Shown here: positions 1 through 14,100 of the stretch, piece by piece
How the letters are laid out: the number at the start of each line of letters is the position of its first letter
Position numbering within the stretch: the stretch's first letter is position 1
NCBI RefSeq assembly: GCF_009834535.1
Contig: NC_045697.1
Location: 82,462,001-82,526,000, forward strand
Length of the DNA stretch: 64,000 bases
From: Camelus ferus
Taxonomy: Eukaryota
Direction: 5' to 3'
Position numbers and translations under genes: made by a program
Notes under the pieces: model-generated
Databases searched by the model: none
Told to the model about the DNA's origin: nothing
What the model saw: only the letters and a program-made list of their open reading frames with translations

Positions 1-1189
1 TTGGACTAGTAGAAGAAGTAAGAAGATAGGAAAATGTAGTTTTGTCATCAGAGACTCTTAAGGAACTCTGGTTTCGGTCTTCGTTTCCTCATAGAAAGTG
101 CTTTTCCATCTCTTGGGAACACAATGACAGTGTTTTCTCTAAACACCTTCAGCTGTTCTTCACCTCTGACTCCACCAATTGGTGCCAACAAAGATGATCT
201 TCTTTAAGGTCTACACAATCTTGCAGTGGTTCCTGAGTCGTTGGGCATAGTTGTGAGGAGAGATGATATTCCACCAGGCACTCTCAGATGTCTCTATAAG
301 CCGTGAATGTGTAATATGAACAAGAAATTCAATTGAGAAAGATATTAACAATAACCTGAAAAAAATGTCATTATGTTAGAAACTGAAGTCATTCCTGAGG
401 ACCTAAGTGCTCTTAGTCTCTCAGGTAGGAGTATTGATTTTTCAGGGATTTCTTTTCCCCTGGGCATACATGAGGCAGCCTTAATTGAAGGTCCTGGACA
501 GGCCTTTAAATAGTCTAAAGGTATTTTAACTTTTCAACCGGGTTTCAGAAAAAATGAGACTGGGAAAATACAATGCATGAAAATACCAGAGGTGAACCAA
601 GGAAGGGATGTTATCAAAAGCCGAAGAATGCTTCGGAATATTTCACTTACATAATGCATCTCTCCATTTGTAAAAGTGTCTTAAAAAATATAAGCATTCT
701 TCTGAATTATGTTTGTTTCACAGTTTTTGCTTCAAGATAATAGTTTTTAATATATATGTAATATAACATCAAAACACCAAGTAAACTAAATGGAAAACTA
801 AATCTAAACTAGGTGTTTGGCATCCACTGGCCTATTTTTTTTGGCTAAATTTTGCATTTCTCAGGGTTTTATTTGAATACTAAGTCCAAAACTCTCTGCT
901 GGATTCACCTGCATGTTAAATGTTCTCTCCTTTGCAACAATTTGCATCAGCTAAAATAATGTGAAGCAGAGTTCACCTCAGATATTTATATTAGTGTTGT
1001 CAGTGTGTTTTCCTCCCTGTTTCTCAAGGTCACTTTCCCTCTTTGACACGAGTGCATATACTTATTCCAAGAATGCTATCATGCAGGTGCCAGATTGTGT
1101 TACAAACACAACAAACAAAAAAAGAGAACTTAGTAAAAAATTCCTAATAGAATCAATTAAATTCATATAGTACTTTGAAAGAAATGCAC

Positions 1190-1880
1190 ACAGAATATAT
1201 AAAGATGGTGTATCTTTCCCCTTGTTCAGACTTGTTTTATGTTTCAGTATCATTTCATACCCTTCGTATAGGTCCTGATACTTTTCATTTATATGTATTT
1301 CTACTTTCCGTTTATACGAATTTCTAAGTATTATTTTCAGCCTGAAATTCTCATTTTCATTTCTATGTACTGTTTGCTCAAGTAGACAAAATCTGTCTTT
1401 TATAGATTGTTTTTATATCCAGCCACTTCACCAAATTTTACAAGTTATCCCAACTTAGAAAAAAATCCTGTTGGACTTGTCAGTTATAAAAACAGATTAA
1501 AAACGATTTTTTTTTACCAGTTATCTTGTGTGCATGTGTATATAAATTTGCCAGAAACTTAGGCAGTATTAAATAATGATGGCAATCTGTGGTAGCTGTC
1601 CCTAGTGGAATAGTTTTTAACTTTTTGTTGGTCTTTGGTAACCATTTAAATATCATTTGTGATTCTACTTATTCATTCTTTAGTATTAGACAGTTACAAT
1701 AAAAACGCTGACAGGTATTATATAACTTTTCAGCATATACTGATGTTACTAAAAGTCTTATAAGTTTGGGAGTAAGGTATTGTATTTATTTTATTTCACT
1801 TAAACCATTGTTTTATAAGATTATATTTTTTTCAGATAGTTGGAACATTTTGGCTTACATTATACTAATATTAGTATGAT
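1190..1880 (-). mobile_element. Ancient L1 (L1M/L1ME-like) ORF2 remnant
   Basis: Degenerate T-rich sequence resembling antisense L1 ORF2; boundaries approximate. Confidence 0.5.
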
Positions 1881-2479
1881 TCCTATTAAAATTTTCACTA
1901 TAATCAGAAGGCTAAGAAAAACTATGTCCTGAAATAAGGTTGACCTCATCTTGCCTCCCTGAGTGATTGACAGGCTGCAGTGTCCGGGCACCTGGGCACC
2001 CAAGGTGCAGCCGCAGTCTCCTCTCCACTCCAGCCTCCTTCATCCTGGCCGTACAATGGCCTTTACCTTGGATGCCTGATTCACTTTCCATTTCCTCACT
2101 GAAAACTAGGCTCAGTCCTGAATCTCAGTCTGCTTTTCTGGGTCCTGAATACATTCAGGACTTGACTTTGCCTTTGTCCCCTCCCAGGAGGCTGTGGTGT
2201 AAGTCCTCAATCCATCAGCTACTACTCTAGATCTGATTATGGGTTCAATTAAGTTAAGCCTTCAATAGTTGCCTCTTATCCTACCTCACTGACCTGATGA
2301 AAAGACCATTATGTGCTCCATCATGCCTTTCAGATTACATGCCTTTTAACTGTCGATTGAACAGAGAATTTCATCTTAGAGTTTCTACCTACTTGACCCA
2401 ATTCATCTAGTCTTCCTTAACTTTAATAGTAACAATGTCTCTTTCCTCCCACTTCAATTAGACAAACTTAAATGTCATC

Positions 2480-5043
2480 CTAAATTACTTTTCTTGCTGG
2501 TAAAGTTGGTAACAGAGATAACATAAACTTGTGACTAGCAAAGCTATCGAGAATAAAAGTTGCATAACTGCATTGTATTTAATGCTGATAACTCTGAAAA
2601 TACTCCTATTTTCATTTAACCAACAAACTTCAACTGCCTTTTATTTACTAAAAATTATCCCTCATCACATGAACTTTAGAAATACTTGAATTTCTATTTC
2701 TGAAAGTTTTGAAATATTTAATTCATACCAGCACTTATTTTAGGCCAACTAAATAGAGTTCTTTTATAAATTAATTTTGGTGATACCATCCAGAGGTAGA
2801 AAAGAATATCCCACATCTACAATATACATTTGTAGACATACATAAACATATAGACACAAATCTTATAGCTTACATTTAAAATATTTAGTAATGAGACAGG
2901 CAGTATCATACAAACTCACTAGTTTATAAATAATAGTTGAATCCAAATTTTATTTCTGATGGTTGGAATAGGTAAGTTTCACTGCTTAGATGGCTAAAGG
3001 TTCTTACTAATATTTGTAGAGACGACTTAATAGCTACTGTTTCATTTTCTTTTCTTTCTTTCTTTTTTTTTTTTTTTTTTTTTTGCGTTCCTGAGAAGAT
3101 TTCCCTGAAGTGTGCATTTCAAGGAGAGAAAGGTCAGATTCTAGAGAAGACAGGGTAGAAAATTGATATCTCAAAGGCATGGAGAAAGTATTCAAGTTTT
3201 CTCCAAGGAGTATTAGAGCAAATTTGCCTATTACCAAAGGTCTAGATTGGTTACTATTTAAATTTTCATTTTTCATAAGTAAGGACAGTTCTGTTTTCAA
3301 TATTCTGATTTTTAACAATATCTGCAAGTATTTTGAGATAAATAGGGGAGGTTTGGGGCTTGTCCAAAAGGATATGTGGATTTTGAACACCTTCTAGAGC
3401 TGAATTTCTGTTCTTGTAAACACTTGATTTGTAAGATAAAGTTGCTTTTCTTTCCTCAAAGAATTAGATTGCAGCCTGAGCGATATCAGTGAGCTTATCT
3501 GCCCATCCAACTATGCTTTCTTCAATTAGCTTCTTTATTTTAGGAGATGATTTCAAACTAAGATGGCAATCAAAAAGATTCTTATGCTCTGGAGCTTCAG
3601 GGATGAATGCGGCATACCTTTGTAAAATCTGTATAAATGCTCACTTTTTTTCCCCTGAGTGTCAAGGAAAAGGCTCTGCTATTGTTTCTGTCAGCTCCTG
3701 AACACATCATCTTCCTGCTGATCCATTTCCTAATCATTTATAGGAGGGTCTGGGAAAAATTCTGCTCATCTGTTTCCTCTTTTGGGGGGATTTCCCCCAG
3801 GGGACCATCTGGCTTGTCTGATAAATACAGCATAACCACAGGTGAGAACATCCCTTAGCAGCCAGTCAGGGTCCCTGTGAGTGGGGTTATGGCTGTCTAT
3901 TGATCTTTCCCATTCCTCTCAAAATTTGGTAGAATCTTCTGAAAGTGGAGGGAAAAGGCTTTGTTTTATTTCTTAAGGGAATCCTTGTTCTCCTTTATGT
4001 CCTTTTTTTCAGCGTGGCCTTTCCATAGTTACCAGTAAGATAGCTGTTTAGATGAGGGCTCTCTAAAATTCTTTTTTTAATATAGAAGTTTTTCCAATTC
4101 AAAGAATCCATCTGGCCTTTGACAAGTAGGATTTTCAGTAGTGTGTTTTCCTCAGTGGTGACTCAGCCCAGTAAGGTTTTTTATGGCTTAAACATGGATG
4201 CAAGAGGCATGCACTAAGGATGTAAAAGACATAGCCCTGTGAGGCCCAGGAAGTTCACTCCCAGTTAGCCTAAGATGCATACGCCTTTGCTGTTACAGGC
4301 TGTAAGAATGGGGTTTTTAAAAGCAGTGTCTTCGGGCTCCTACAAGAATGTGGGATGGCTCCAGTTAAAGATCCACTAATCTATGACACGAGACAGGCAC
4401 TACTGCAATGGGATTTTTCAGTACCAATGGGACAATGATAGTTGAAAGGACAAAGGCCCCTTTGGACTGGGACCCCTTGAGACAAACTCCCCTGAGAGCT
4501 GGCACAGTTGAACAAAGAGGATGTGGCTTGCCACTTGATTGCCTTGGATTCCCAGGCTCTTCAGCTGGCTGCCAGTGCAAGCAAACACTTGCATCTTTGG
4601 CTGACAGGCCAGGGAGAACATCCTTACTGGTCACAAAGTCACGCTCTCAAGAAACAGAACAGAAAGAAAGGAAAACCTCATTTAGCCTATTGTTTTCTCC
4701 TTATGACAAATGGCACAAAAAACAGAGGAAACAATAACTATCTCTGGGAAGAAAGGGATTAGTGGAAAACAAGAGTTCTCATAACAAAAATCGTTACCAG
4801 AGTTGCTATACCCAAGAAACTAGTTTTCACAAATACTTTCTTCTAAGAACCTAAATTTGGAGGAGAAAGGCTAAGACATTTTTACCTTCCTCTCTCAACT
4901 AGGCACTGCAGAGAGAGATCTAGAAGAGCTGGCTGGGTGAGGAGTCTTACCCTTTTCTAGCTTCTGCCAGTTTTCTAGAATCCCTCCTGCAGGCTCCAAA
5001 TTGAGTACAGTGTCTCGAAAGTTCCCATTGTGGGTCACCAAAC
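2480..5043 (-). mobile_element. ERV1 (MER4/MER34-group) degenerate internal region with primer-binding site
   Basis: Lies directly 3' (minus strand) of the LTR at 5044-5663. PBS-like TGGTGACCCACAATGGGAAC at 5040-5021. No intact ORF and no 3' LTR seen; left boundary approximate. Confidence 0.7.
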
Positions 5044-5663
5044 TGTTGGAGAGGAAGAAGAATTTTTACTCTACTCTTCTAGGTTCCTGTAAGACCCCCT
5101 CTAATAAACAGATTAACAGGAGAAAAACATTTACTAACATGTGTATCTCCTGTGTACATGGAAGATACGCAGGAAAAGTAAATAAATCTCTGAAATGGTC
5201 CAAGCCATAACCTAAATACCACCTCAAGATAAAGACAAAAGAAAGATGGGGGGAAAAAAAAGTTTTGTAAGTCTGTACATAATAGATGTTAATTAGATTT
5301 GTTTTGGTAATCTTTTTATAATATATACAAATATTGCATTATGTTGTTTACCTGAAATTAATATAATGTATGTCATTTATACTTCAATTTAAATAAGCAT
5401 TGAGTGGGTGGGGGGAAGGCCAGTTATGAGAAAGTGCCTGAAGTTTAGTCATTCTTCTTTCTGGTACAGAGAAGGAGACATCTACACTTATAAGGGAAAT
5501 CTCAGATGGAAGTTACCCTTATAAATGTAGATGTCCCTTACACAGAGTAACTTCTACTCTGTTTTCAGAGATTGGTGTCTACTGTAGCTTAAAAATAAGC
5601 AGCTCAAAACAGTTCATATGCCAAACAAGCATATTTTGGGGTGGAAAATTTTGCTCCCTTTCA
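5044..5663 (-). mobile_element. ERV1 5' LTR, MER34/MER39-like, interrupted by a short L1 3' fragment (~5260-5400)
   Basis: Minus strand starts TGAAAGGGAGCAAAATTTTCCACCCCAAAATATGCTTGTTTGGCATATG...TTTTGAGCTG (MER34/39-type start) and ends CA three bases before the PBS. Confidence 0.8.
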
Positions 5664-6749
5664 TATATTTAGAATCTCCAATTAGCCAGGGAGATATTTA
5701 ATGATTATATTTAATAGGAATCCATGTTACACATAGGGTGTTGATAGAACATTAACAAGATTATTTACAGCTTTATTTTGAGGTTAATAAGTGTAGTTCA
5801 GGTATTTATATATAGACTAGATTTTTTTAACAAATGAGGGACACGGTGGACTCCATGCATTAAAGTATTAAATATGAGAGTTTTTGAGGTGCTTACCAAA
5901 TCTTTAAGCAAAGATGTGCTTATATGGTTATCTGGGGCAACAACTCGAGAGAAAGATACAGATTGTATATATTTGGGTGTTTTATGGGACCCATTATCCT
6001 TTAGAAGGATAAGCTTTTAATTGCTCATGTATAAAATACAGAAAAAATGAAAGATGAGGGTAAAATGCCACATCAGAGGACAGCGACACTGAAGGTAGAG
6101 GGAAAGACCTGCAAATAAAATGGGAAATATCAAAAATTTAAAAGGAAATTCAGGATACAGTGATAGTTCATGTTCGTTAACATATATTCCTACTTATTTT
6201 TACAGATGGGGACAGTAATGAGTTTAAATAAGTGGCTATGACATCTTGATAATGTACAGGTTTGTGAACTGCCTAAGTCAACTTTAAAATACCTTTGCCC
6301 ACAACCCTGTCGGCAGCTCTGTATCCTCTCTATATCTTCTACAGTGAGAGTATGGTTTATATTTCTATTGACTGAGATAAGAGATAATTACGATAATTCA
6401 GATATAAAATCTCTTCTAGGATTTTAGAGAGATAAAACTGAAATTTTGATGATTTAGAAGTTAAAAGTTATTTGTAAAACCTCACATGGGCATTGCATGA
6501 TATTTAATGGAAGTAGTCTGGAGCCTGATTATTAATTCCAATAAAATGTTTCTCACTATCAGCTGATTTGCTTCAAGAGTTAGTTGTGTTTCATATTGAA
6601 AAAGATGTATGGCTTTGTACATATCAGGCATTCTGAATACTTGTAGTTAATGAATACTTTAAAAATAATTTTGGGGAGTTAATTATATTATTAGTTTGTA
6701 CATTACCAATCTTTAAGTTTATTGCCATCCAGAGAACAGTTTTGATCTG

Positions 6750-9700
6750 ACATTTTTAAAATTGTGGCTAAACCTTGGTATCTCCTCTAATAAAATTTTA
6801 AGTGTACAACACAGTATTGTTAACAAATGTACAATATTGTAAAACAGATCTCTACAACATATTCATCTTGTATAACTGAAACTTTATACCAATTGGACAG
6901 CAATTCCCCATCTCCCTCTCCCATCAGCCCCTGGCAACTACTGTCCTATCCTCTGCTTCTATGATTTTGACTATTTTAGGTACCTCATATAAGTGCAATC
7001 ATACTGTTTCCAGGAGGAGGGGAAAAAAGTTACCTTGGTTCTTAGTAGAAAAAAAGATGAATTTCTAATGGGAGACAGAGAGCATGATATAAACAGAAGA
7101 TTTTATTAGTAAAGTAAAAAGGTGGTAAAATGTAGTGCACTTCTGAGAAATAGGGGTGGAGGAAAAATGTTCCTGCTCCTTTGTTTTTCCTGTTCTTATT
7201 TCCTGGCTTAGGAAGTGTTTTTGTGACTGCTTGATTGATGTCAGCCACAGTGATTCTAGCCAGCTTCTTCGCTGGCTTTCATTTAGAGAAAGTAAGTTTT
7301 TGGAGCCCCTTATCCTGAGCCCAGGCATACTGTTATTTTCTGAGTTGCTCCTTCCCCCTTCCTTTCCTCTCCCCTGGTGCTCATTTCTATCTAACTGTCT
7401 AACATTCCCCCCTCTAGCCATAGGACCCCAAATCTTTGGGATATAGAGGGTGACAACTGCTCTAGCTACTTCCTGCTGATCTGGGGCAATGAAGGGGCTT
7501 GTTGGGGTTCTAGACTAGCTGCCTGTCACCGGGCAGGTGGTGAGTGAAGGGTCAGTGTCCATTCAGGGGGTTTGTGTCAAAGCCATCTAGGCTGGTTGGT
7601 TGATTACCTTGTTGTATAGCCATTTGAAGTTTGATTAACCCAAAGCGTTGCTGAAAAGCAGTCACAGATCACTAATAGGTTTGCAAGAATATGTGGAATC
7701 TGAGGTGTCTTGGATGCCAGGGTCCGGGTTTTTAATGTATTGGTCTTCTTGGGTGGATTTCCAAGATTTTACTCAGGTATGATGTATCCAGCTGGCAATT
7801 CCAGGAACCTTTACTGCAGTGGCAGAAGATAGAAGAACAGGGTACAGCCCTTTCCATACGGTTTGAAGTTGGGAGGCTAGGGAGATGTCTTTCCAGGCTT
7901 TGATCAACACCCAAGTGCCAGGGGGATACAAAGGAGATCCTATTGCCACATGAGGTCCCATTTTTTAGCCCAAATTATTTAGAGTGTTTGGGAATTAAGA
8001 GCTTGGGCATATGCCCCAAAGGGGTGATTTTATTATCAGTGTCTCTGTCCGAATAAATGGTCTTCCATCGAGAGCTTTATAAGGACTAAGGCCCATGGTT
8101 GCCTTGGGAGCTACCCTGGTTTGTAAAAGAGCTGTTGGCAGGTCTTCTTTTCTTGGGCAAACTACAAGGCTCATGTTAGGGCAATTATTTTAGCCAGTTG
8201 TGCTGAAGTGCCAGTAGGCAATGGGTTAGCTTCTATAACCTCATGGAGGGACATGGATGAGTATCTGGTTTATGATTCAGTATTTGCCCTTCTGTAATCA
8301 GATTATTTCACTGAGCATAAAGTCCTCCAGATACAGCAGGATTCCCTTCTTCAAAGATGAGTAATAGTCCACTGCATGTATATATCACATTGCATGTATA
8401 CTTTCATTTGTTGATGGATATTTAGGTTGGTTCAATAACGTCCCTTTTATGAATGTTTCAGCGAACACAGGTGTGCAAGTATCTCTTAAAGATCCTGTTT
8501 TCAATTCCTTTACTGTATACCCAGAAGTGAGATTGCTGGATCATATGGAAGTTAAATTTTGAATTTTTTAAGGAATCCTCATATTGTTTTCCATAGTAAC
8601 TGCACAAATTTACATTCTAACAGTGCATAGGGGTTCCATTATCTCTACACCCTTGCCAACACTTACTACTTACTTTTTCTTTTTTTATATGTATTGGCCA
8701 TCCTAACAAGTTTTCTTACAGTTTTATGGATTCAGGTCTATGTTTAGGTCTTTATGCTATTTTAAGGTTTTTTTTTTTGGAGAGGGATTGTCAGTTAAGG
8801 GTCCATTTTTATTTTTTCATGTGGATATCCAGTCTTTCTATCACTATGTTAAAGACACTATTTCCCATTGAGTAGTCTTGTTACCCTTGTTGAAGATCAT
8901 TTGACCATGTACATATGGGTTTATTTCTGGATTCTTTATCTTAGTCCTGTGGTCTATATATCAGTTTTTAAGCAAATAACATACTGGTTTGATTATTGCA
9001 GCTATGTGTAATAAGTTTTAGAATCAGAGTGAGGCCTTCAACTTTGTTCCTCTTTCTTAAGACTACTTAGGCTACTCAGGGTTTTTTAAGATGCGTTATG
9101 AATTTTAGAGTGGATTTTTATGTTCCTTCAAAAAAAATGCCGTTGGCATTTGGTGGGAATTTCATTGAATCTATAGATCACTTTGCATAGAATGGGCACC
9201 TTAACAATAGGAAGCCTTCCTGTTCATGAACATGAGATGTCTTTTCATTTATTTGTGCCTTCTTTAATCTGTATCAGCAATGTTGATAGTTTTGAATGTA
9301 TGTTTTTGCCACCTTTATAGTGTTTTTTTCCAGGTATTATTTTTGATGTTATTTTAAATAGCATTATTAATTCCCTTTCAGATTATTTACTGTTAATGTA
9401 TAGAAATACAACAGATTTGTGTGTGTGTTGCTTTAATATCCTGCAGTTGTACTGAGTTTATTAGGTCTAATTTTGTGTGTGTGTGTGTAATCTTAAGGGT
9501 TTTCTAAATAGAAGATTATGTTATCTGTGAACAGAAATAATTTTATTACCTCTTTTTCCAATTTGGCTACTTTTATATCTTGTTATTGCCTAATTTCTCT
9601 TAACCAGGGCTTCTCATAATATATTCAATAGAAGTGACAGCAGTGGACATCCTTGCCTTGTTCCTGATCTTAGATGGAAAACTTTCACTTTTTCATCATT

Positions 9701-11180
9701 AAGTATTGTTAGCTGTGGTATATTCATACCTTTGTTATGTTGAGGTAATTTTCTTTAATCATATTTTGTTAGTGTTTTTCATTCTGAAAGAGTGTTGAAC
9801 TCTGTCAGACACTTTTTATGCATCAGTTGAGATGATCTGGTGATTTTTGTCTTTTGTTGAGTTAATCTTGTGTATTCCATTTACTGATTTACACATGTTG
9901 ATCCATCTTGCATCCCAGGAATAAATCCTTCTTGGTCATGTTCTATAATCCTTTTAATGTGGCTTGTTGTTATTTTAGTCTGTAGTCCTCTTGTAGTGTT
10001 TTCGTCTGATTTTGGTATCAGGGTAATAATATTGGACTCATAAGTTTCATGAATGTTCCCTAATTTTCTAATTTTTAGAAGAGTTTGAGAAGGATTGGGA
10101 TTAATTTTTCTTAATATGTTTTTTAGAATTCTTCACTGATGTCATCTCTCTTGCTCTGGGCTTTTCTTTGTGGGAGGTTTTTGACTACTGTTTCAGTCTC
10201 TCTACTTATTATACATCTGTTCAGATTTTGTATTCCTTCATTTTTCAATCTTGGTAGGTTGCATGTTTCTAGGAATTTATCTATTTCTTCTAGGTTATCC
10301 AGTTTGATGGCATAGTAATCTCATAATCATTTTTTTAAATTTCTGAGGCATCCATTGTAATGTCTCCTCTTTAATTTCTGATTTTATTTGAGTCTCTTTT
10401 TATTAGTTGATATAGCTAAAGGCTGGTTAATTTTTTTTTTCTCTTTCTCAAAGAATCAACTGTTAGTTTTACTGCTGGTTTTTAACTTGTATTTTTCTAT
10501 TCTCTATTTCTGCTCTAATTGTTATTACCTTCCTTCTGCTATCTTTGGATTTAGTTTTTGGGGTTTTTTTGAGCTGTAAACTTAGGTTATTAATTTGATC
10601 TTTTCCTTTTTTTTAAATGCAGACATTTACCACTATAAATTTCCCTCTTATTACTGATTTTACTATATTCTATAAATTTTGGTATGTTATGTTTTCATTT
10701 TCATATATCTCAAGGTATTTTCTAATTGCCCTTTTTATTTTTTTTTCCCCAATGGTGGTTCAATATGTGGTGTTTTATTTCCATGTATTTTGGATTTTTC
10801 TGTTTTTCTTTTGCTACTGATACCTAGTTTCATTCCATTCTGGTTGGACAAGAAACTTCATATAATCAATTTTCTTAAATTCATTATTTTATTTTCTTAT
10901 TTATGGTCTAATATGCAATCTGTCCTGGAGAATGTTTTGTATGCACTTAATGTGTACTCTGTTGCTGTGAGTAGATATTCTATATATGTCCATTAGCTGC
11001 AGTTAGAATAATGTTCAAGTCCTCTCTTTCCTTATTGATACTTCTGTCTAGTTGTTCTATCCATTATTAAAAATGAGATATTGAATTTGCCTAGTATTAT
11101 TGTATTGCTGTCTATTTCTCCTTTTAATACTGTCAATATTTACTTCATATATTTGGGTGCACTGATGATAGATGAATATA
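6750..11180 (-). mobile_element. Older L1 (L1MA-like) 3' UTR plus decayed ORF2, split by an ERV at 7005-8277
   Basis: L1 3' end at 6750-7004 (...tacctcatataagtgcaatcatac) resumes in register at ~8278 (cagtatttgcccttctgt) and continues through recognisable antisense ORF2. Confidence 0.9.
7005..8277 (-). mobile_element. Gamma-like ERV1 fragment: integrase C-terminus, env tail, polypurine tract and 3' LTR (7005-7404)
   Basis: ORF 7773-7961 (WVLIKAWK...WKGLYPVLLSSATAVKVPGIASWIHHT) is an integrase C-terminal GPY/F-type region. CAGCAGGAAGTAGCTAGAGCAGT is an env-3' motif. Polypurine tract AGAGGGGGGAA is followed by an LTR bounded by TG...CA. Confidence 0.9.
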
Positions 11181-11194
11181 TACTTTTATATATA

Positions 11195-14100
11195 TTTTTA
11201 TTGAAGTATTGTCAGTTTACAACATTGTGTCAATTCCTGGTGTACAGCACAATGCTTCAATCATATAGGAACATACACATATTCATTTTTTATATTGTTT
11301 TTCATCATAAGGTACTACAAGATAGTGAATATAGTTCCCTGTGCTATACATTATAAACTTATAGTTTATCTGTTTTATATGTATTAGTATCTGCAAATCT
11401 CAAACTCCCAATTTATCCCTTCCTACCCACTTGTCTCCCTGGTAACCATAAGTATGTTTTCTGTGTTTGTGATATTTCTGTTTTGTAAATAAGTTCAATT
11501 CTCTCTCTCTTTTTTTTTTTTTTTAAGATTCCACATATAAATGGTATCATATGGTATTTTTCTTTCTCTTTCTGGCTTACTTCACTTAGAATGACATTCT
11601 CTAGGTCCATCCATGTTCCTGCAAATGGCATTATTTTATTTTATTTTTTACAGCTGAGTAGTATTCCATTGTATAAATATGCTACAACTTCTTTATCCAG
11701 TCATCTGTCGATGGACATTCAGGTTGTTTCCATATCTTGGCTATTGTAAATAGTGCTGCTATGAACATCGGGGTGCATGTATCTTTTTGAGTTAGGTTCC
11801 CTCTCAATATATGCCCAGGAGTGGGATTGCTGGATCATATGATAAGTCCTTTGAGGAATCTCCACACTGTTTTCCATAATGGCTGCATCAAACTATATTC
11901 CCATCAGCAGTGTAGGAGGGTTCTCTTTTCTCCATACCCTCTCCAGCATTTATTATTCATGGACTTTTGAATGATGACCATTGTGACTGGTGTGAGATGA
12001 TACTTCAGTGTAGTTTTGATCTGCATTTCTCTGATAATTAGCGATATCGAGCATTTTTTCATGTGCCTATTGGTCATTTGTATGTCTGAATTGGAGAATT
12101 GCTTGTTTAGGTCTTCTGCCCATTTTTGGATTGAGTTGTTTTTCTCTTATTAACTTGTATGAGCTATATATTCTGGAAATTAAGCCTTGTCAGTCTCACC
12201 TTTTGCAAATATTTGCTCCCATTCCATAGGTTGTCATTTTGTTGTTTCATTTGTGGTTCCTTTCCTGTGCAAAAGCTTTTAAGTTTAATTAGAGCCCATT
12301 TTTTAATTTTTGCTTTTATTTCTGTTGCCTGGGTAGACTGCCCTGTGAGAACATTGCTGAGATTTATGTCAGAGAATAGTTAGCCTATGTTTTCTTCTAA
12401 GAGGTTTATCGTGTCTTGTCTTAAACTTAAGTCTCTAAGCCATTTTGAGTTTAATTTTGTGTATGGTGTGAGGGAGTATTCTAACTTCATTGATTTACAT
12501 GCAGCTGTCCAGTTTTCCCAACACCATTTGCTGAAGAGACTGTCTCTACTCCATTGTACGTTCTTGCCTCCTTTGTCAAAGATTAATTGACCAAAAGTTT
12601 GTGGATTTATTTCTGGGAGCTCTATTCTGTTCCATTGATCCATATGTCTGTTTTTGTACCAATACCATGCTTTTTGATTACTGTAGCTCTAGCTCTATAG
12701 TATTGTCTGAAGTCTGGAATGGTTATTCCTCCAGCTTCGTTCTTTTTCTTCAGTGATGCTTTGGCAATTCTGGATCTTTTGTGTTGCTATATAAAATTTA
12801 GCATTATTCGAGTTCTTTGAAAAATGTCCTGGGTAATTTTTGATAGGGGTTGCATTAAATCTTTAGATTGCTTTGGGTAGTATGGCCATTTTAACAGTAT
12901 TAATTCTTCCAATCCAAGAACATCAGATATATTTCCATTTCTTTAAGTCATCATTAATTTCCTTAATCAATGTTTTGTAGCTTTCTGCATATATGTCTTT
13001 CACTTCCTTGGTCAGGTTAATTCCTAAGTATTTTATTTTTTTTGATGTAATTTTAAAAGGGATTGTTTGTTTACTTTCCTTTTCTGATATTTCATTATTA
13101 GTGTAAAGAAATGCCACTGATTTCTGTATGCTGATGTTGTATCCTGCTACCTTGCCAAATTCTTTTATTATCTCATAGTTTTTGTGGGGGGCCTTTAAGG
13201 TTTTCTATATATAGTATCATGTCATCTTCATATAATGACAATTTTACCTCTTTTCTTCCATTTTAGATCACTTTTCTTTTTCCTGCCTGATTGCTGTGCC
13301 TAGGACTTCCAAGAATATGATGAATAGAAGTAGTGAGAGTGGGCATCCTTGACTTGTTCCAGATTTTAGCATAAAGGGTCTCAGCTTTTCACTGTTGAGA
13401 ACTATGCTGGCTGTAGGTTTGTCATAAATAGGTTTTATTATGTTGAGATATGTTCCCTCTATACCCACTTTGGTAAGAGTTTTATCATAAATGAGTTGTT
13501 GAATTTTATCAAATGCGTTCTGTGCATCTATTGAGATGATCATGTGATTTTTATTCCTTTCTCTTGTTAACGTTGTGTATCACATTGATTAATTTGTGTA
13601 TGTTGAACCATCCTTGTGTCCCTGGGATGAACCCAATTTGATCATGGTGTATGACCTTTTTCATGTGTTGTTGCATTCTGTTTGTTAATATTTCGTTGAG
13701 GATTTTTGCATTTACGTTCATCAGTGATATTAGCCTACAGCTTATTTTTTGGTAGTGTCTTTGGCTTTGGTATCAGGTGATAGTAGCTTCATAGAATGAG
13801 TTTGTGCATATTCCCTCCTCTTCAAAATTTTGGAAGAGTTTGAGAAGGATTGGTATGAGCTCTTCAATGTATGTTTGAAAGAATTCCCCAGTGAAGCCAT
13901 CTGGTCCTGGACTTTTGTTTACAGGGAGATTTTTTTATTGCTGACTCTGTTTCACTCCTAGTGATTGGTCTGTTCAAGTGATCTATTTCTTTTTGATTCA
14001 GTTTTAGTGGAATGTATGTTTCTAGAAACTTGTCCATTTCTTCTAAGTTTTCTCTTTTCTTCTTGGTTAGCCTAGCCAGAGGTTTGTCAATTTTGTTTAC

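Noticed and set aside
345..701. Minus-strand exon pair (701-651 with GTAAGT donor; acceptor at 357-356) giving ECLYFLRHFYKWRDALCYC*
   Set aside because: Weak upstream acceptor, peptide not recognised, and no independent support.
961..1253. Short ORFs on both strands next to a plus-strand acceptor-like site at ~1028
   Set aside because: No recognisable protein and no convincing donor.
3034..4762. Overlapping 67-118 aa ORFs
   Set aside because: They lie within a decayed ERV internal region and a poly(T) tract and show no gag or pol motifs.
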